From assembly GCA_002774875.1 (NCBI GenBank), contig PCYM01000001.1:1096-65095 (forward strand): a stretch of DNA of 64,000 nucleotides. The letters are read 5' to 3'. This DNA comes from Candidatus Uhrbacteria bacterium CG10_big_fil_rev_8_21_14_0_10_50_16. Its GTDB lineage: Bacteria; Patescibacteriota; Patescibacteriia; UBA9934; UBA11717. Positions 39,799 to 52,640 of this stretch are shown piece after piece. Both the position numbers and the translations under genes were made by a program. The number at the start of each line of letters is the position of its first letter. Within the stretch, counting starts at the first letter, position 1. The notes below the pieces were generated by a model. That model was not told the DNA's origin, did no database searches, and saw only the letters and a list, made by a program, of their open reading frames with translations.

Positions 39799-40953
39799 AT
39801 GAGTTTGTTTGCAAAAAAAGAAGAACGATTTGTAGGAATCGATATTGGAGCGGGCGGGATTAAGCTCGTTGAATTGTTGTATGAACATGGTGCCTATAAA
39901 TTGATGACGTATGGTTCTACTTCGCGAATGGCAGATGTCGTCGACACGGCACTTACGGATGTTCCAAAGGAGGCGGTGGATCATATTAAAGAACTCATTA
40001 AACAGGCAGGTGTTGAATCGACGCACGTGATTGCGTCGTTGCCGGTTCACTCGGTGTTTAGCTCTATTATTGCCATTCCAGATGTCAAAAATCCCGTGGA
40101 GACGCGGGCACTCGTGGAACGTCAGGCGGGTAAGTTAATGCCATTGCCGGTGGATCAAATGGTGATCGATTTTCAAATACTGGATCGTGTTGGGCGAGAG
40201 AATACTTCTATTCTCGATGCAGACGTCGCGGCGTCTAAACAGGCAAAGATCACCACATCATCCATTGCTGATAAAAATGTGCGTGTCCTTATTACGGGTG
40301 CCGAGAAAAAAATGGTGCAGACCTATACACAGATTTTCCAAGATGCAGGATTAGATTTGGCTAGTTTAGAGACAGAACCGTTTGCGCTTATCCGCTCATT
40401 GATCGGTAATGACAAGAGTCCTATTATGGTCTTGGATGTGGGGGCGTTTAGAACAAATATGACGATCGTAGAGGAAGGGATTCCCTTTTTGAATCGTAGT
40501 ATTAAAGTAGGTGGCGCCATGGTCACACGCGAGATTGCCAAACAAATGGGGATTGCCGTGGAGGAGGCCGAGCAGATGAAGCAAGACCTACATACAGAGA
40601 ACGGCGATGTTCCAAAGGCGGTGGTGGATTTATTTCAGCCAATCGTGAATGAGATTTCCTATGCCATGGAGTTGTTTGCAAAATCTAAGTTGTCGGATAA
40701 AGATCGCGTGGAAAAGGTGATTCTCACAGGTGGGTCTGCGTTGTTGTTGGGATTGGATACATTTTTGACGGAGAAATTGAACGTGCGAACGTTTGTAGGA
40801 GACCCATGGGCGCGCGTACAGATCAATGAGGCGATGCGGCCAATGCTCGAGGAGATTGGTCCGCGATTCTCTGTGGCGCTTGGGTTGGCGATGCATGCGG
40901 CAAAGGGCGCTCCGGTAGAGGTCAAGAAGGATTCCAAATCAAAGAAACAGTAG
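39799..40953 (+). CDS. pilM: Type IV pilus assembly protein PilM
   Basis: GIDIG...IKLVEL, LDVGA..T, ILTGG, VALGLA. Confidence 0.92.
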   Translation: MSLFAKKEERFVGIDIGAGGIKLVELLYEHGAYKLMTYGSTSRMADVVDTALTDVPKEAVDHIKELIKQAGVESTHVIASLPVHSVFSSIIAIPDVKNPVETRALVERQAGKLMPLPVDQMVIDFQILDRVGRENTSILDADVAASKQAKITTSSIADKNVRVLITGAEKKMVQTYTQIFQDAGLDLASLETEPFALIRSLIGNDKSPIMVLDVGAFRTNMTIVEEGIPFLNRSIKVGGAMVTREIAKQMGIAVEEAEQMKQDLHTENGDVPKAVVDLFQPIVNEISYAMELFAKSKLSDKDRVEKVILTGGSALLLGLDTFLTEKLNVRTFVGDPWARVQINEAMRPMLEEIGPRFSVALGLAMHAAKGAPVEVKKDSKSKKQ

Positions 40954-40954
40954 T

Positions 40955-41299
40955 ATGATCGAGGCGTGGCAACAACGATCCGAGCCGATCGGCCTTTTTG
41001 TTGGGGCGCCGGAGTTTCCGTTGTTGCATACGGTAATTGGAGATCGCGCGCATCGATTTGTTGTGCGTGGGCAGGGAATGCCACTTGTGGTCCAAATGCA
41101 TCCAAACATACCCGTTCGGACACTCGTAAGTTGTTTGGTTATTGGTAGACGCGTGGGATGTTATTTGAATGATGAAGATGACATTATGCATACGGCACAT
41201 CGACTCTTACGGGCGGCGCCAGGGCACATTGCACGATTACCGGTTGCTGTGTGGGATGGTGGTGCTTGGTCTCAACATCTTTTGTACGAGTTGGCATGA
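40955..41299 (+). CDS. Hypothetical protein
   Basis: Fills the gap between pilM (1 nt spacing) and the response regulator (ATGA overlap). Confidence 0.55.
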   Translation: MIEAWQQRSEPIGLFVGAPEFPLLHTVIGDRAHRFVVRGQGMPLVVQMHPNIPVRTLVSCLVIGRRVGCYLNDEDDIMHTAHRLLRAAPGHIARLPVAVWDGGAWSQHLLYELA

Positions 41300-41685
41300 G
41301 CGCAAAACAACATATTTGTATCTTGGAGAACGATCCATTTTTTGCGGGCCTGTACGCGCGTAAGTTTGAGTCGCGTGGATGGAAAACAACCGTCATTGAG
41401 CATGCGGACGATTTGTCTAAATGCTTGGAGGACGAGGGTGTGGACCTGTTTATTATCGATATTGAGGGAGATGATTACTCTGCAAAGGACCTCGTGGAGC
41501 GGTTGAAGGCGCCCGCGAGTGCGTATCGGTCACTCCCGATTGTTATATTAACAAAGGTAAAGGACCGAGAGACCGTACAGAAGATGATGAAAATCGGTGT
41601 GGACGCTTATTTATTTAAAGGTCACTTTGTACCCAACGAGGTTGTGGAGAAGGTACAGCGCATTTTAGACAGCGGAGTGGTATAA
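41296..41685 (+). CDS. Single-domain response regulator (CheY-like)
   Basis: ILEND, DLFIID, PIVILT, AYLFK. Confidence 0.85.
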   Translation: MSAKQHICILENDPFFAGLYARKFESRGWKTTVIEHADDLSKCLEDEGVDLFIIDIEGDDYSAKDLVERLKAPASAYRSLPIVILTKVKDRETVQKMMKIGVDAYLFKGHFVPNEVVEKVQRILDSGVV

Positions 41686-41708
41686 TCAATGCATTCAAGC
41701 AACCGTCT

Positions 41709-42200
41709 ATGGAAAAACCATCAGGAATCACATTAGTGGAGGGCCTCATTATTGGAGGGATCTTCTGTATTTTGTTGTTTGCAACAGGAATCTCGTTGTC
41801 GGCGGCGCGTGAGCGTGTGCGTGATTATAAGCGTATTTCCGATGTTTCGCGCGTACAGGCGGCATTGGAGCTGTACTACAATGAACAAAATCAGTATCCA
41901 AAGACGGAAGGGAAGATTGCTCTTGGAAACGGTGGGGCGCTCTGTTTGAGTAGCTCTGGGTTCCAGCCAACGTGCTCGTCTACGGGTCGTGTGTTTTTAA
42001 ATCCTGTGCCAAGTCAGACGGGCATCGGGTTGGGGGGATCGGACTTGCAGGTCTATGCGTATGAGAGTGATGGAGAGAATTACGTGATTTCTTTGGTGAT
42101 CGAGCGGGCGATTCCTCAGGTGGCTATTGAGAAAGGGTTGGTGTGCGCGCGTCCTGGGTCGCCTATTCAGGCGTCGGCAAGCGGCGTGTGCGCGCTTTAG
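41709..42200 (+). CDS. Type IV pilin / GspG-like protein
   Basis: G-ITLVE prepilin site; RD.KR.SD...ALELYY...YP. Confidence 0.85.
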   Translation: MEKPSGITLVEGLIIGGIFCILLFATGISLSAARERVRDYKRISDVSRVQAALELYYNEQNQYPKTEGKIALGNGGALCLSSSGFQPTCSSTGRVFLNPVPSQTGIGLGGSDLQVYAYESDGENYVISLVIERAIPQVAIEKGLVCARPGSPIQASASGVCAL

Positions 42201-42234
42201 GCAATTTGTGCTCAACTGATCGTAAGAGACAGGC

Positions 42235-42263
42235 TTGACAGGCCTGTTTTTTTGTTGTATGTT
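42235..42263 (+). promoter_or_regulatory. Sigma70 promoter of the GC-rich insert
   Basis: TTGACA-17 nt-TATGTT. Confidence 0.75.
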
Positions 42264-42298
42264 TGGTGGGCGACAATCCGTTGCACGAGGAGACTGGC

Positions 42299-42454
42299 AT
42301 GGCCCTGAACCCCTACACGCCGCCCCCCAAGGTGGACGGCCCCGAGTCGCGCGCGAGCGTGCGCGACTACCCTCGTCCTCGTCACGGGCAGGTCCTCGAC
42401 CTGCCCGTGGAGGTTCCCTCCAACGGGGGTGAGCTCAAGCCGGCGACGGCCTGA
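42299..42454 (+). CDS. 51-aa Pro-rich small protein
   Basis: GAGGAG RBS before ATG 42299; GC-rich codons. Confidence 0.55.
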   Translation: MALNPYTPPPKVDGPESRASVRDYPRPRHGQVLDLPVEVPSNGGELKPATA

Positions 42455-42563
42455 GCTCGCTCTACCCCCCCACGCGGTCTTCGGGCTGCACTTCTACGAC
42501 CGGCGCCTGGAACCTCAGGACGCCGGCCTCGTACGTTCATGCGCAACGCAGAAAGAGCGGAAG

Positions 42564-43721
42564 ATGAAGTCGGACATTGCAGATGTAAACTTGCAGAAGT
42601 TGTATGAGGCACTGGAAGCAGCGCTGAGAAACGCGGGTGTTGCAGACAAGATTTCCGTGGCAACGTCGTTGAGGGCGTTTGTGGATACTGTGGACGAATT
42701 GGCGGTCGAGCGTGGCCAGTTACTTGCTGCGCTGGAGCACGCCACCACCGATTCGGTTACGGGACTGCTGAGATCTGACCAATGGCGTCAGCAACTCGCC
42801 ATGGCGCTCAGGCAGGCATTGGGAGAAGCGGCGATCGTGCCCATCCTCGATGGTATGTTCCCGCTTGCGGCGGCCCGGATGGTGGGGTTAAAGGATGTGG
42901 TCAGAAGTGTCGTCCTTGCGACGTTTGACGTTCGTGCGTTGGACTATACCAACGCGCTGCTAGGCTATGCCGCGGGCAGCGAGATGCTGACGCTGTGTGC
43001 ACAGACGGCGGCGACGGTGTTGGACGAGTTCCTCTCCTCCTACGGGATGCAGCGGAGAACCAGTGTTCGCGACCCTCTGTGGCTGTGTTCACTCACACGG
43101 ACCGGCGGCGATGAATTCCGTGCGGTCTTGGTTGGTCAGGCGGCCACGCGTTGGCGCGACGTGCGCGACGGACTGTTCATGCGTCTGAGCGAGGAAGAAG
43201 TGCCGGGGCTCGACATCCCGCCCGCGATGGCATCCGGTGCCATGTCCATGCACGTCTTGCTCTGGTACGTGGGCGCGTTCTATCGGTGGCGGGGCCTGTC
43301 TCTGCCCACCGACAGGGAGGAGATCATCACGCTCGCCATTCAACTGTGGTGTGCCTTCACGGAGGCGCGCGCAGATGCACAGCGGGTGGTGGAATACGGT
43401 CTCCTGTTTGCCGATGCGTGGGACGATGACCCTGTAAAGCGCGAGCGGTTCGATCGGTGGATGTCCACCAAGTTGATGGCCTCGGCCTTCAATGGACGAA
43501 CTCTGGATGAGGTGCACAACCTGTGCCGAAGCGCGTCCATGTGTCTGAAGGCAGACGACACCAAGGGTGCCAAGGCGGTGTTCGTGCACGATCACGATGA
43601 TCGTATGCGTGTTCACTTCAACATCCTCCTGGCCAAGGCGCGGGCGCTGCAAGAAGAAAACATCCGTCTCCGGCTCGAGATCTTCGTGATCTCCAATGAG
43701 TTCGAGTTTCCTATCCCCTAA
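42564..43721 (+). CDS. Divergent GGDEF-domain protein
   Basis: TDSVTGLL, FD......N..LGYAAG, RTGGDEF; start uncertain. Confidence 0.75.
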   Translation: MKSDIADVNLQKLYEALEAALRNAGVADKISVATSLRAFVDTVDELAVERGQLLAALEHATTDSVTGLLRSDQWRQQLAMALRQALGEAAIVPILDGMFPLAAARMVGLKDVVRSVVLATFDVRALDYTNALLGYAAGSEMLTLCAQTAATVLDEFLSSYGMQRRTSVRDPLWLCSLTRTGGDEFRAVLVGQAATRWRDVRDGLFMRLSEEEVPGLDIPPAMASGAMSMHVLLWYVGAFYRWRGLSLPTDREEIITLAIQLWCAFTEARADAQRVVEYGLLFADAWDDDPVKRERFDRWMSTKLMASAFNGRTLDEVHNLCRSASMCLKADDTKGAKAVFVHDHDDRMRVHFNILLAKARALQEENIRLRLEIFVISNEFEFPIP

Positions 43722-43735
43722 GGGGAATCAACGTC

Positions 43736-43762
43736 GAGGGGCTCCGGCCCCTCATTCATTTT
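43736..43762 (+). terminator. Intrinsic terminator
   Basis: GAGGGGC-TCCG-GCCCCTC followed by a T-rich tail. Confidence 0.65.
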
Positions 43763-43810
43763 GTTAAAAAGCGTCTATCCTAACCGCTCAAACTTTGCTA
43801 AACTACCCCT

Positions 43811-46614
<2,804 letters not shown>

Positions 46615-46622
46615 TTACAGCT

Positions 46623-46916
46623 ATGGATACCAAACAGTTTGACACACTTTTACAACTCGCCTCGCTCCACGTGGATGCAAGTGAACGCGAGAGATTGCAG
46701 GACGATATTGGGAGCATTCTATCCTATGTCGACAAGCTCCAAGGATTAAAATTGGATTCTGTTGAGTTTGCGCGCACTGTGGTTGCCGCAGAATCGTACA
46801 GGGAGGATATAATCATTCCTGCAGCGCCTGCAGAGAGAAAAATGGTGATAGAAAATTTCCCAAGCACCACGTCCGATAACTTACTCGAGGCACACGCCGT
46901 GATTGATCGCACTTAG
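46623..46916 (+). CDS. gatC: Asp/Glu-tRNA amidotransferase subunit C
   Basis: LA.L...E......IL.YV..L, RED; lies upstream of gatA. Confidence 0.85.
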   Translation: MDTKQFDTLLQLASLHVDASERERLQDDIGSILSYVDKLQGLKLDSVEFARTVVAAESYREDIIIPAAPAERKMVIENFPSTTSDNLLEAHAVIDRT

Positions 46917-46917
46917 T

Positions 46918-48324
46918 ATGACCATTGCAGAATTGAGATTAAACATGGAGCAGGGGACCATGACGGCGCGACAGGTGGTAGACAGCTATTTGGAGCGTAT
47001 TGAGGCGCAGGATCACAACGTTGGTGCGTTTTTAGAAGTGTTTGGTGCGGATGCACGGTTGCAAGCGGATGAGATTGACGCACGTCGTGCACGCGGGGAG
47101 TCGCTAGGGTCCCTTGCAGGGATTCCGATTGCCGTTAAGGACAATATTCTTATGCAGGGCAAAACGGCCACAGGAGGATCTGCTATTTTGGAATCCTACA
47201 CAGCGGCCTATGACGCAACGGCGATTGCACGGCTCAAGGCCGCGGATGCCATTTTGATGGGGCGTACCAATTGTGATGAGTTTGGGTGCGGATCGTCTAC
47301 GGAATCAAGTGCGTATGGAGTGACTAAGAATCCGATTGACCTTACGCGTATCGCAGGTGGTTCCTCCGGTGGGTCAGCTGCTGCTGTTAAGGCCGAGTTT
47401 GTGCCAGCGGCTCTTGGAAGCGAGACAGGTGGGTCTACACGACAACCGGCGGCAATGTGCGGTGTGGTCGGGTTTAAGCCAACGTATGGGTACATCTCTC
47501 GCTATGGGTTGATGGCCTATGCCTCGAGTCTTGATCATATTGGAACGTTTGCAAACAACGTGGAGGATGTTGCGGAGGTTATGCGCGTAATTGCCGGTAA
47601 GGATGATAAGGACGCTACGACCGTGGAGGGAGAGATTGCCTTTCCGGAGTTTTCTGATGGCGTCAAGGGTAAACGTATTGGCGTTCCAAAGCAGTTTTTT
47701 GATGAAAATTTAGATCCGGCGCTTGTAAAACGTGTGCGAGAGGCGATTGCGGTGTTTGAGGAGGGTGGGGCGACGATTGTGGAGCTCAACCTTCCAATTT
47801 TGGAGTACGCACTTGCCATGTATTACATCATTGCCACAGCAGAGTTATCCAGCAATCTCAATCGATACGATGGATTGCAATATGGATCTGTGGTTGCGGG
47901 AGAGACAATCGAGGAGCAAGTCGCCACAACACGTACGGCGGGATTTGGAACAGAGGTTAAACGTCGCATTCTGCTTGGAACGTATGTGCTCTCAGCGGGT
48001 CATGTGGACGCCTATTACAAAAAAGCCATTGCGGCACGGCAGACGCTGTGTGACGCGATGGACAATGCCTGGGAGGAGGTAGATGTGATTATGGGGCCAA
48101 CGAGTCCGGTGGTTGCCTGGCCGCTAGGGGAGAAGATGGACGACCCGGTGACCATGTACCTGGCGGACATTTACACAGTTGTCGCCAATTTGGCGGGCAT
48201 CCCTGGATTATCTGTCCCCTGCGGTAACGTGGATGATCTGCCGGTTGGATTGCAGATCATGGGTCCTAGAAACGCAGACGCCACCGTGTTGGACATGGGC
48301 TATTGGTATCAAAACAACGTCTAA
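46918..48324 (+). CDS. gatA: Asp/Glu-tRNA amidotransferase subunit A
   Basis: GGSSGGSAAAV, GSETGGS.RQPA, GFKPTYG, EVKRRILLGTY. Confidence 0.97.
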   Translation: MTIAELRLNMEQGTMTARQVVDSYLERIEAQDHNVGAFLEVFGADARLQADEIDARRARGESLGSLAGIPIAVKDNILMQGKTATGGSAILESYTAAYDATAIARLKAADAILMGRTNCDEFGCGSSTESSAYGVTKNPIDLTRIAGGSSGGSAAAVKAEFVPAALGSETGGSTRQPAAMCGVVGFKPTYGYISRYGLMAYASSLDHIGTFANNVEDVAEVMRVIAGKDDKDATTVEGEIAFPEFSDGVKGKRIGVPKQFFDENLDPALVKRVREAIAVFEEGGATIVELNLPILEYALAMYYIIATAELSSNLNRYDGLQYGSVVAGETIEEQVATTRTAGFGTEVKRRILLGTYVLSAGHVDAYYKKAIAARQTLCDAMDNAWEEVDVIMGPTSPVVAWPLGEKMDDPVTMYLADIYTVVANLAGIPGLSVPCGNVDDLPVGLQIMGPRNADATVLDMGYWYQNNV

Positions 48325-48756
48325 ATGCTTCTTATCGCCGCAATCGTATTGCTTGCCATGATCCTCATTGTTATTGGGGTGGCGATTGGGTTTCAGTCAC
48401 ATCTGCAAGGCATGGATGATCAATTGCGATTAGATGCGGTGGATTGCGAGGCGGTCAAAAAGAAACTGCACGAGGTGGATCGTATGCTTGCGAGTGATCA
48501 ATTACGATTTGCGGTGATTGAGGCAGATAAGCTTTTGCATTTTGTGGTGAAAGAAATGTTGTACGAGGGACAGCCAATTGAGGATCATTTGGAAAGCGTG
48601 CGGGAGTATGAAACGCGTTTTGAAGGGATTCCCGAGGCCTCGAGTTTTGCGCAACGACTGCAGGAGCAACCCTCGACCCCGATTGATGCACAAACGGCCG
48701 GACGCACCGTGGAAACCTATCATCGAGCTCTCAAACGACTGGGTGTGTTGAATTGA
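48325..48756 (+). CDS. Hypothetical membrane-anchored protein
   Basis: N-terminal TM; AVIEADKLL motif. Confidence 0.65.
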   Translation: MLLIAAIVLLAMILIVIGVAIGFQSHLQGMDDQLRLDAVDCEAVKKKLHEVDRMLASDQLRFAVIEADKLLHFVVKEMLYEGQPIEDHLESVREYETRFEGIPEASSFAQRLQEQPSTPIDAQTAGRTVETYHRALKRLGVLN

Positions 48757-48791
48757 TACGTGACGATCCGATTAAGACAGTAAGAAACACT

Positions 48792-49550
48792 ATGATTCCA
48801 TATTTTACACAAACTGTGATTCACCTGGGTCCGCTCCCAATCCAAGTTTGGGGCACCATGGTTGCACTGGGTATTGCTGTGGGACTTTGGGTGTCGGGAA
48901 AGCGCGCCGAGAAGCTCGGGCTTAACAAAAAAATTGTCTACGATCTTGGAACCTATGCCGTAATTGCTGCCATGGTGGGCGCGCGTGTAGTGCATTCGTT
49001 TGTGTATGAGATTGGGGCGACGCTGCAGGATCCGTTGGAATTTTTCCGTGTGTGGCATGGAGGGTTTTCTGTCATGGGTGGATTTATTGGCGCCTGTTTA
49101 ATGAGTTACTGGTATTTGCGTAAGCATCATGTGGACGTGTGGCGCTATGCAGATGCCACGATTTTTGGCCTGCCTATTGGGTTAGGAATTGGGCGTATTG
49201 GATGCTTTTTGATCCATGACCATCCCGGGACGGCGTCGGATTTTATTCTTGCTGTGCAATATCCCGACGGCGTGGCGCGGCACGATCACGGTCTGTATCT
49301 CTCGTTGAATGGATTTGCGATGGCGCTCGTGTTTTGGTGGATGAGTCGACGCAGGCTACCGGTGGGCGCGTACTTGGCCGTGTTTGGGGTCTGGTATGGA
49401 GCAGTGCGATTTTGGCTGGATTTTTATCGGACTATCGACACACGCTATTTTGGTCTCACGCCAGCGCAATATGTGTCCGTTGCCATGTTTGGACTTGGAC
49501 TGTGGGGGATCTGGAAATGTGTGCAATCAACGCGTAAAAAAAGTGGATAA
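48792..49550 (+). CDS. lgt: Prolipoprotein diacylglyceryl transferase
   Basis: GAR, W.GG.S..GG, GRIGCF, RF.LDF.R. Confidence 0.92.
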   Translation: MIPYFTQTVIHLGPLPIQVWGTMVALGIAVGLWVSGKRAEKLGLNKKIVYDLGTYAVIAAMVGARVVHSFVYEIGATLQDPLEFFRVWHGGFSVMGGFIGACLMSYWYLRKHHVDVWRYADATIFGLPIGLGIGRIGCFLIHDHPGTASDFILAVQYPDGVARHDHGLYLSLNGFAMALVFWWMSRRRLPVGAYLAVFGVWYGAVRFWLDFYRTIDTRYFGLTPAQYVSVAMFGLGLWGIWKCVQSTRKKSG

Positions 49551-49636
49551 CTTTGAGAATTGCGCGTCTCCCATGTCTTGAGTCAACGGCGTGCGCGTGA
49601 TAAGATACACCCGTAACTGAATAAATAAACATCCCT

Positions 49637-50386
49637 ATGGAAGAAAACACCCCACGAGAACAAGGATTTCTGGATGGTCCTCCAAAAACCATGTTCGCAT
49701 TTGGTATCGCTTGCGGTATCGCTGTCTCGGCATTTATCTTTGTTCTCGCCGGAGGCACGGGCGGAGCGGGGTTGCTCGCAGCATCTGGAAGCGGACGTGC
49801 TGCAGACGCCGCACCTCTTGTAGCACAGCCAACCAATAACGGAGCCGCGCCTGCAGGTGCACCTGTTCCTGATATTACCAAGGACGATTACGTTCGCGGT
49901 GATTTGAGCAAGGCGAAGGTCGTGATGATTGAGTACTCGGACTACGAGTGTCCATTCTGCAGCCGTCACCACCCAACGCTCAAAGCGATGATGGATGAGT
50001 TTGGCGACGATGTTGCATGGGTCTACCGACAGTTCCCACTCACAAGTATTCACCAACAAGCGATGCCTGCGGCGACGGCAGCGTTGTGTGCGGGGGATCT
50101 TGGTGGAAACGAGGCGTTTTGGGATATGACCGATGCGTTATTTGAGAATCAGTCCACGCTTGGACAGGCTACATACGAGAAGTTGGCAGCCGACATTGGC
50201 CTTAATGCTAAGAAGTTTTCCACGTGTCTTGTGTCGGGAGAGTTTAACGATCGCATTAACAACGAACAAAGCGGGGGAGCGGCGTCTGGCGTAACCGGAA
50301 CACCGGGAACGTTTATCAACGGACAGCTCATTCCAGGAGCGGTTCCAGAAGATCAGATCCGATCCATTATTCAAGGATTGCTTTAA
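49637..50386 (+). CDS. DsbA-family thiol-disulfide oxidoreductase
   Basis: EYSDYECPFC, FPL..IH, GVTGTP. Confidence 0.92.
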   Translation: MEENTPREQGFLDGPPKTMFAFGIACGIAVSAFIFVLAGGTGGAGLLAASGSGRAADAAPLVAQPTNNGAAPAGAPVPDITKDDYVRGDLSKAKVVMIEYSDYECPFCSRHHPTLKAMMDEFGDDVAWVYRQFPLTSIHQQAMPAATAALCAGDLGGNEAFWDMTDALFENQSTLGQATYEKLAADIGLNAKKFSTCLVSGEFNDRINNEQSGGAASGVTGTPGTFINGQLIPGAVPEDQIRSIIQGLL

Positions 50387-50393
50387 GAGTTCT

Positions 50394-50423
50394 AAAAACC
50401 CTGCGTTTAGGCGCAGGGTTTTG
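50394..50423 (+). terminator. Intrinsic terminator
   Basis: AAAAACCCTGCG...CGCAGGGTTTTT. Confidence 0.8.
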
Positions 50424-50470
50424 GTTTTATGGACAAGAGCGTGGAAATACGCTATAGTCGCCACGCATTT

Positions 50471-50558
50471 GGAGAGGTCGCATAGTGGCCTAGTGCGCCA
50501 TCTTGGAAAGGTGGTATACCGCAAGGTATCGGGGGTTCGAATCCCCCCCTCTCCGCCA
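50471..50558 (+). tRNA. tRNA-Ser(GGA)
   Basis: GGAGAGG/CCTCTCC acceptor stem, TT-GGA-AA loop, long variable arm, GGTTCGAATCC, encoded CCA. Confidence 0.97.
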
Positions 50559-50677
50559 ACCAAAAGAACGAGCTTGCCTCGTTTTTTTGGTTGGTGAGGG
50601 GTAAGAGCGTATGCCCTGCGGCATGCGCGACGGGTTCAGACGGTCAAAGACAATCGCCGCTTGTTGACGGACATATT

Positions 50678-50749
50678 GGCTAACGTTCAAAACTTGTAAG
50701 AATAAACGGAACAAAGTGAAGTGAGTGAACCTCATAGTCCTTGTTGTAC
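50678..50749 (-). mobile_element. attC-like site (degenerate)
   Basis: Minus strand: GTACAAC...imperfect inverted repeat...gaac GTTAGCC. Confidence 0.55.
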
Positions 50750-50944
50750 GATGTATATTTTTTTCTTTTTTCTGCGATAGCAAAACTGCTTTTCAATAAT
50801 AAATGCAAATTGGATTTGTTTTGGCGAGCACACGAGGAGAACTAAAGAGGTGAATTGTGCGAGTCAAAACTCCTTATAAAGAACGGATGGTGAAAAGCTT
50901 GATTGGTTTGGTTCTTTGTGTTTATATTGCATCTAATCTGCAAT

Positions 50945-51901
50945 ATGAAGATTGATTTAACATATCACCCTGATTATGCTGAATTGACGAGTGGTTTTAA
51001 AGCTCTTCGAGAGATTTTTTCTGATCACTATCGGGTTGATTCCGGTTTAGTTATTCCTACAAATGGTGCAACAGGAGCATTGGACGCCGTGTTTTCGTGT
51101 ACATTGGCTCATGCTGATGGAAAACCAACTGATGCATTGGTTTCTTCCATGGAATATTTCGATGCTGTGAGGATGTTGAAGTTATATGGTTTTGGATTGA
51201 GATCCGTTCCTTCTGATGGCATAAATTACCCGACTGATAAAGTTGTCGAAGCGTTAAGAAGAAATGCACCGAGTTTATTTTATTTATCTGTGCCCAATAA
51301 TCCTTCAGGCCGAGTATTATCTGAGGCTGATTTAGGCCAAATATTGGAGGCTGTGTCAGATAAAACCAGAGTTCTTATAGATATCACTTTAATTGGTACC
51401 CCTTCTCACTGTTTACCGAGAGAACTATTAAATAAACATGATGATAGAATAGATATAGTTGTTGTTGATTCTTTGTCAAAAAAGCGAGGACTGGTAAGAG
51501 ATCGTGGCTGGGCTATTGTAGCTCTGAGAAAAAGTACTGCTGATCGAATACATCCATTTGCTCATGCCACAAACCTACATGGTATGCAAACAGCAATAGC
51601 TCGCATGAATGATGTGACCGCTGAAAGCGAGACGCATGAAAAAATTAGAACATCGCAAAAAATTTTAGATGCCTGGAGCAATGATTTTGCAGTTTATCAT
51701 CCATCTAATTCCAATTTTGCTTGTATAGAGCTTCTGACAACAACAGGTTCTGACTGCAAGCAACGATTAGAGCAAAGAGGTATTAAATTGCGGGCAGGGG
51801 CAGATCTTTATATTGATGATAAATATATTAGGATCGATATGGAACAGCCGAAAGTTCTGCAAGATTTTTTGTCTGCTTTAGATAATATTTTGGTTCAGTA
51901 G
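50945..51901 (+). CDS. PLP-dependent class I/II aminotransferase (HisC-like), AT-rich cassette gene
   Basis: TNGATGA, PNNPSG, DSLSK..GL..R, SNF. Confidence 0.85.
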   Translation: MKIDLTYHPDYAELTSGFKALREIFSDHYRVDSGLVIPTNGATGALDAVFSCTLAHADGKPTDALVSSMEYFDAVRMLKLYGFGLRSVPSDGINYPTDKVVEALRRNAPSLFYLSVPNNPSGRVLSEADLGQILEAVSDKTRVLIDITLIGTPSHCLPRELLNKHDDRIDIVVVDSLSKKRGLVRDRGWAIVALRKSTADRIHPFAHATNLHGMQTAIARMNDVTAESETHEKIRTSQKILDAWSNDFAVYHPSNSNFACIELLTTTGSDCKQRLEQRGIKLRAGADLYIDDKYIRIDMEQPKVLQDFLSALDNILVQ

Positions 51902-51986
51902 TTTTCCCCTCTATCAAAAAAGAAAATGCAATTTGCATTTTATTGTAAAACAAAGGACTTTGCCCGTAAAAGGAAAAGTATACTTC

Positions 51987-52065
51987 ATTTACCGTGTGCG
52001 AGTATACGATGTTTGCGTAGCAAATATTGGTGAAGCGTAGCGGAACTGCATACACGCAATTGTGT
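51987..52065 (-). mobile_element. attC-like site with mutated cores (AAT/GGT)
   Basis: Homologous to 62450-62540 (TATGC.GTTCCG...ATATTTGCT...GCAAACATCG.ATA). Confidence 0.65.
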
Positions 52066-52081
52066 GATGGCGCGGAAATTT

Positions 52082-52345
52082 TTATCCATTTTTTTCGTAT
52101 TTTATTTTTACTACCAACTGAGCAAGTGTCACTAAAAAATTAAACCCATCCCCAAGTAGCACCGGGAGGCTATTTATCATATAACCATAAATTGCCCAAA
52201 GGCCGGTAGCAAAAAAATAGATAACAATCATGAAGAACGAAACATCCTTTACGCTTTTTGTTGTAATGGACTTGATAAATTGAGGAACCATGTGAATGGC
52301 TCCAAGCAGCGCTGCCGAGAATCCTACTATTTCTATTGTTGACAT
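52082..52345 (-). CDS. SemiSWEET/PQ-loop transporter (cassette gene)
   Basis: VPQF.K...K...DVS, LW..YG; three TM helices. Confidence 0.9.
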   Translation of the reverse strand: MSTIEIVGFSAALLGAIHMVPQFIKSITTKSVKDVSFFMIVIYFFATGLWAIYGYMINSLPVLLGDGFNFLVTLAQLVVKIKYEKNG

Positions 52346-52435
52346 AGTTTTACATTCTTGAAACCAAGAACCAAAAATTAAAATTAATTTGGCGATATTT
52401 TGCTACCGCAAAATTAAAAAACTTTTCATTACATC

Positions 52436-52640
52436 GCACAACGTGCCGCGGCACGTTAGCCAACGAGCAAAGCGATGTTGGCTAACATTCCAACATATAC
52501 AATATCTAAACAGGGTAAAATGTACACGAAGTGCTTACCACTGGCAAACATGGGTGGAGGCATGCGGAGGTACGGAGCAAGCCGTAACCGCATACGCAGT
52601 GTTAGTTGATGTATTCCTTTTCTTTTGTTCCGCCATCGGT
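52436..52640 (-). mobile_element. Composite or rearranged attC-like region
   Basis: 52596-52638 nearly identical to the cassette end 62419-62460; GTTAGCCAAC/GTTGGCTAAC hairpin; palindrome AACGTGCCGCGGCACGTT. Confidence 0.6.

Noticed and set aside
52629-52635. TCCGCCA as a possible attR copy of the tRNA-Ser 3' end
   Set aside because: Only 7 nt, and it belongs to the CCGCC/GGCGG hairpin also present at the unrelated 62414-62428 site.
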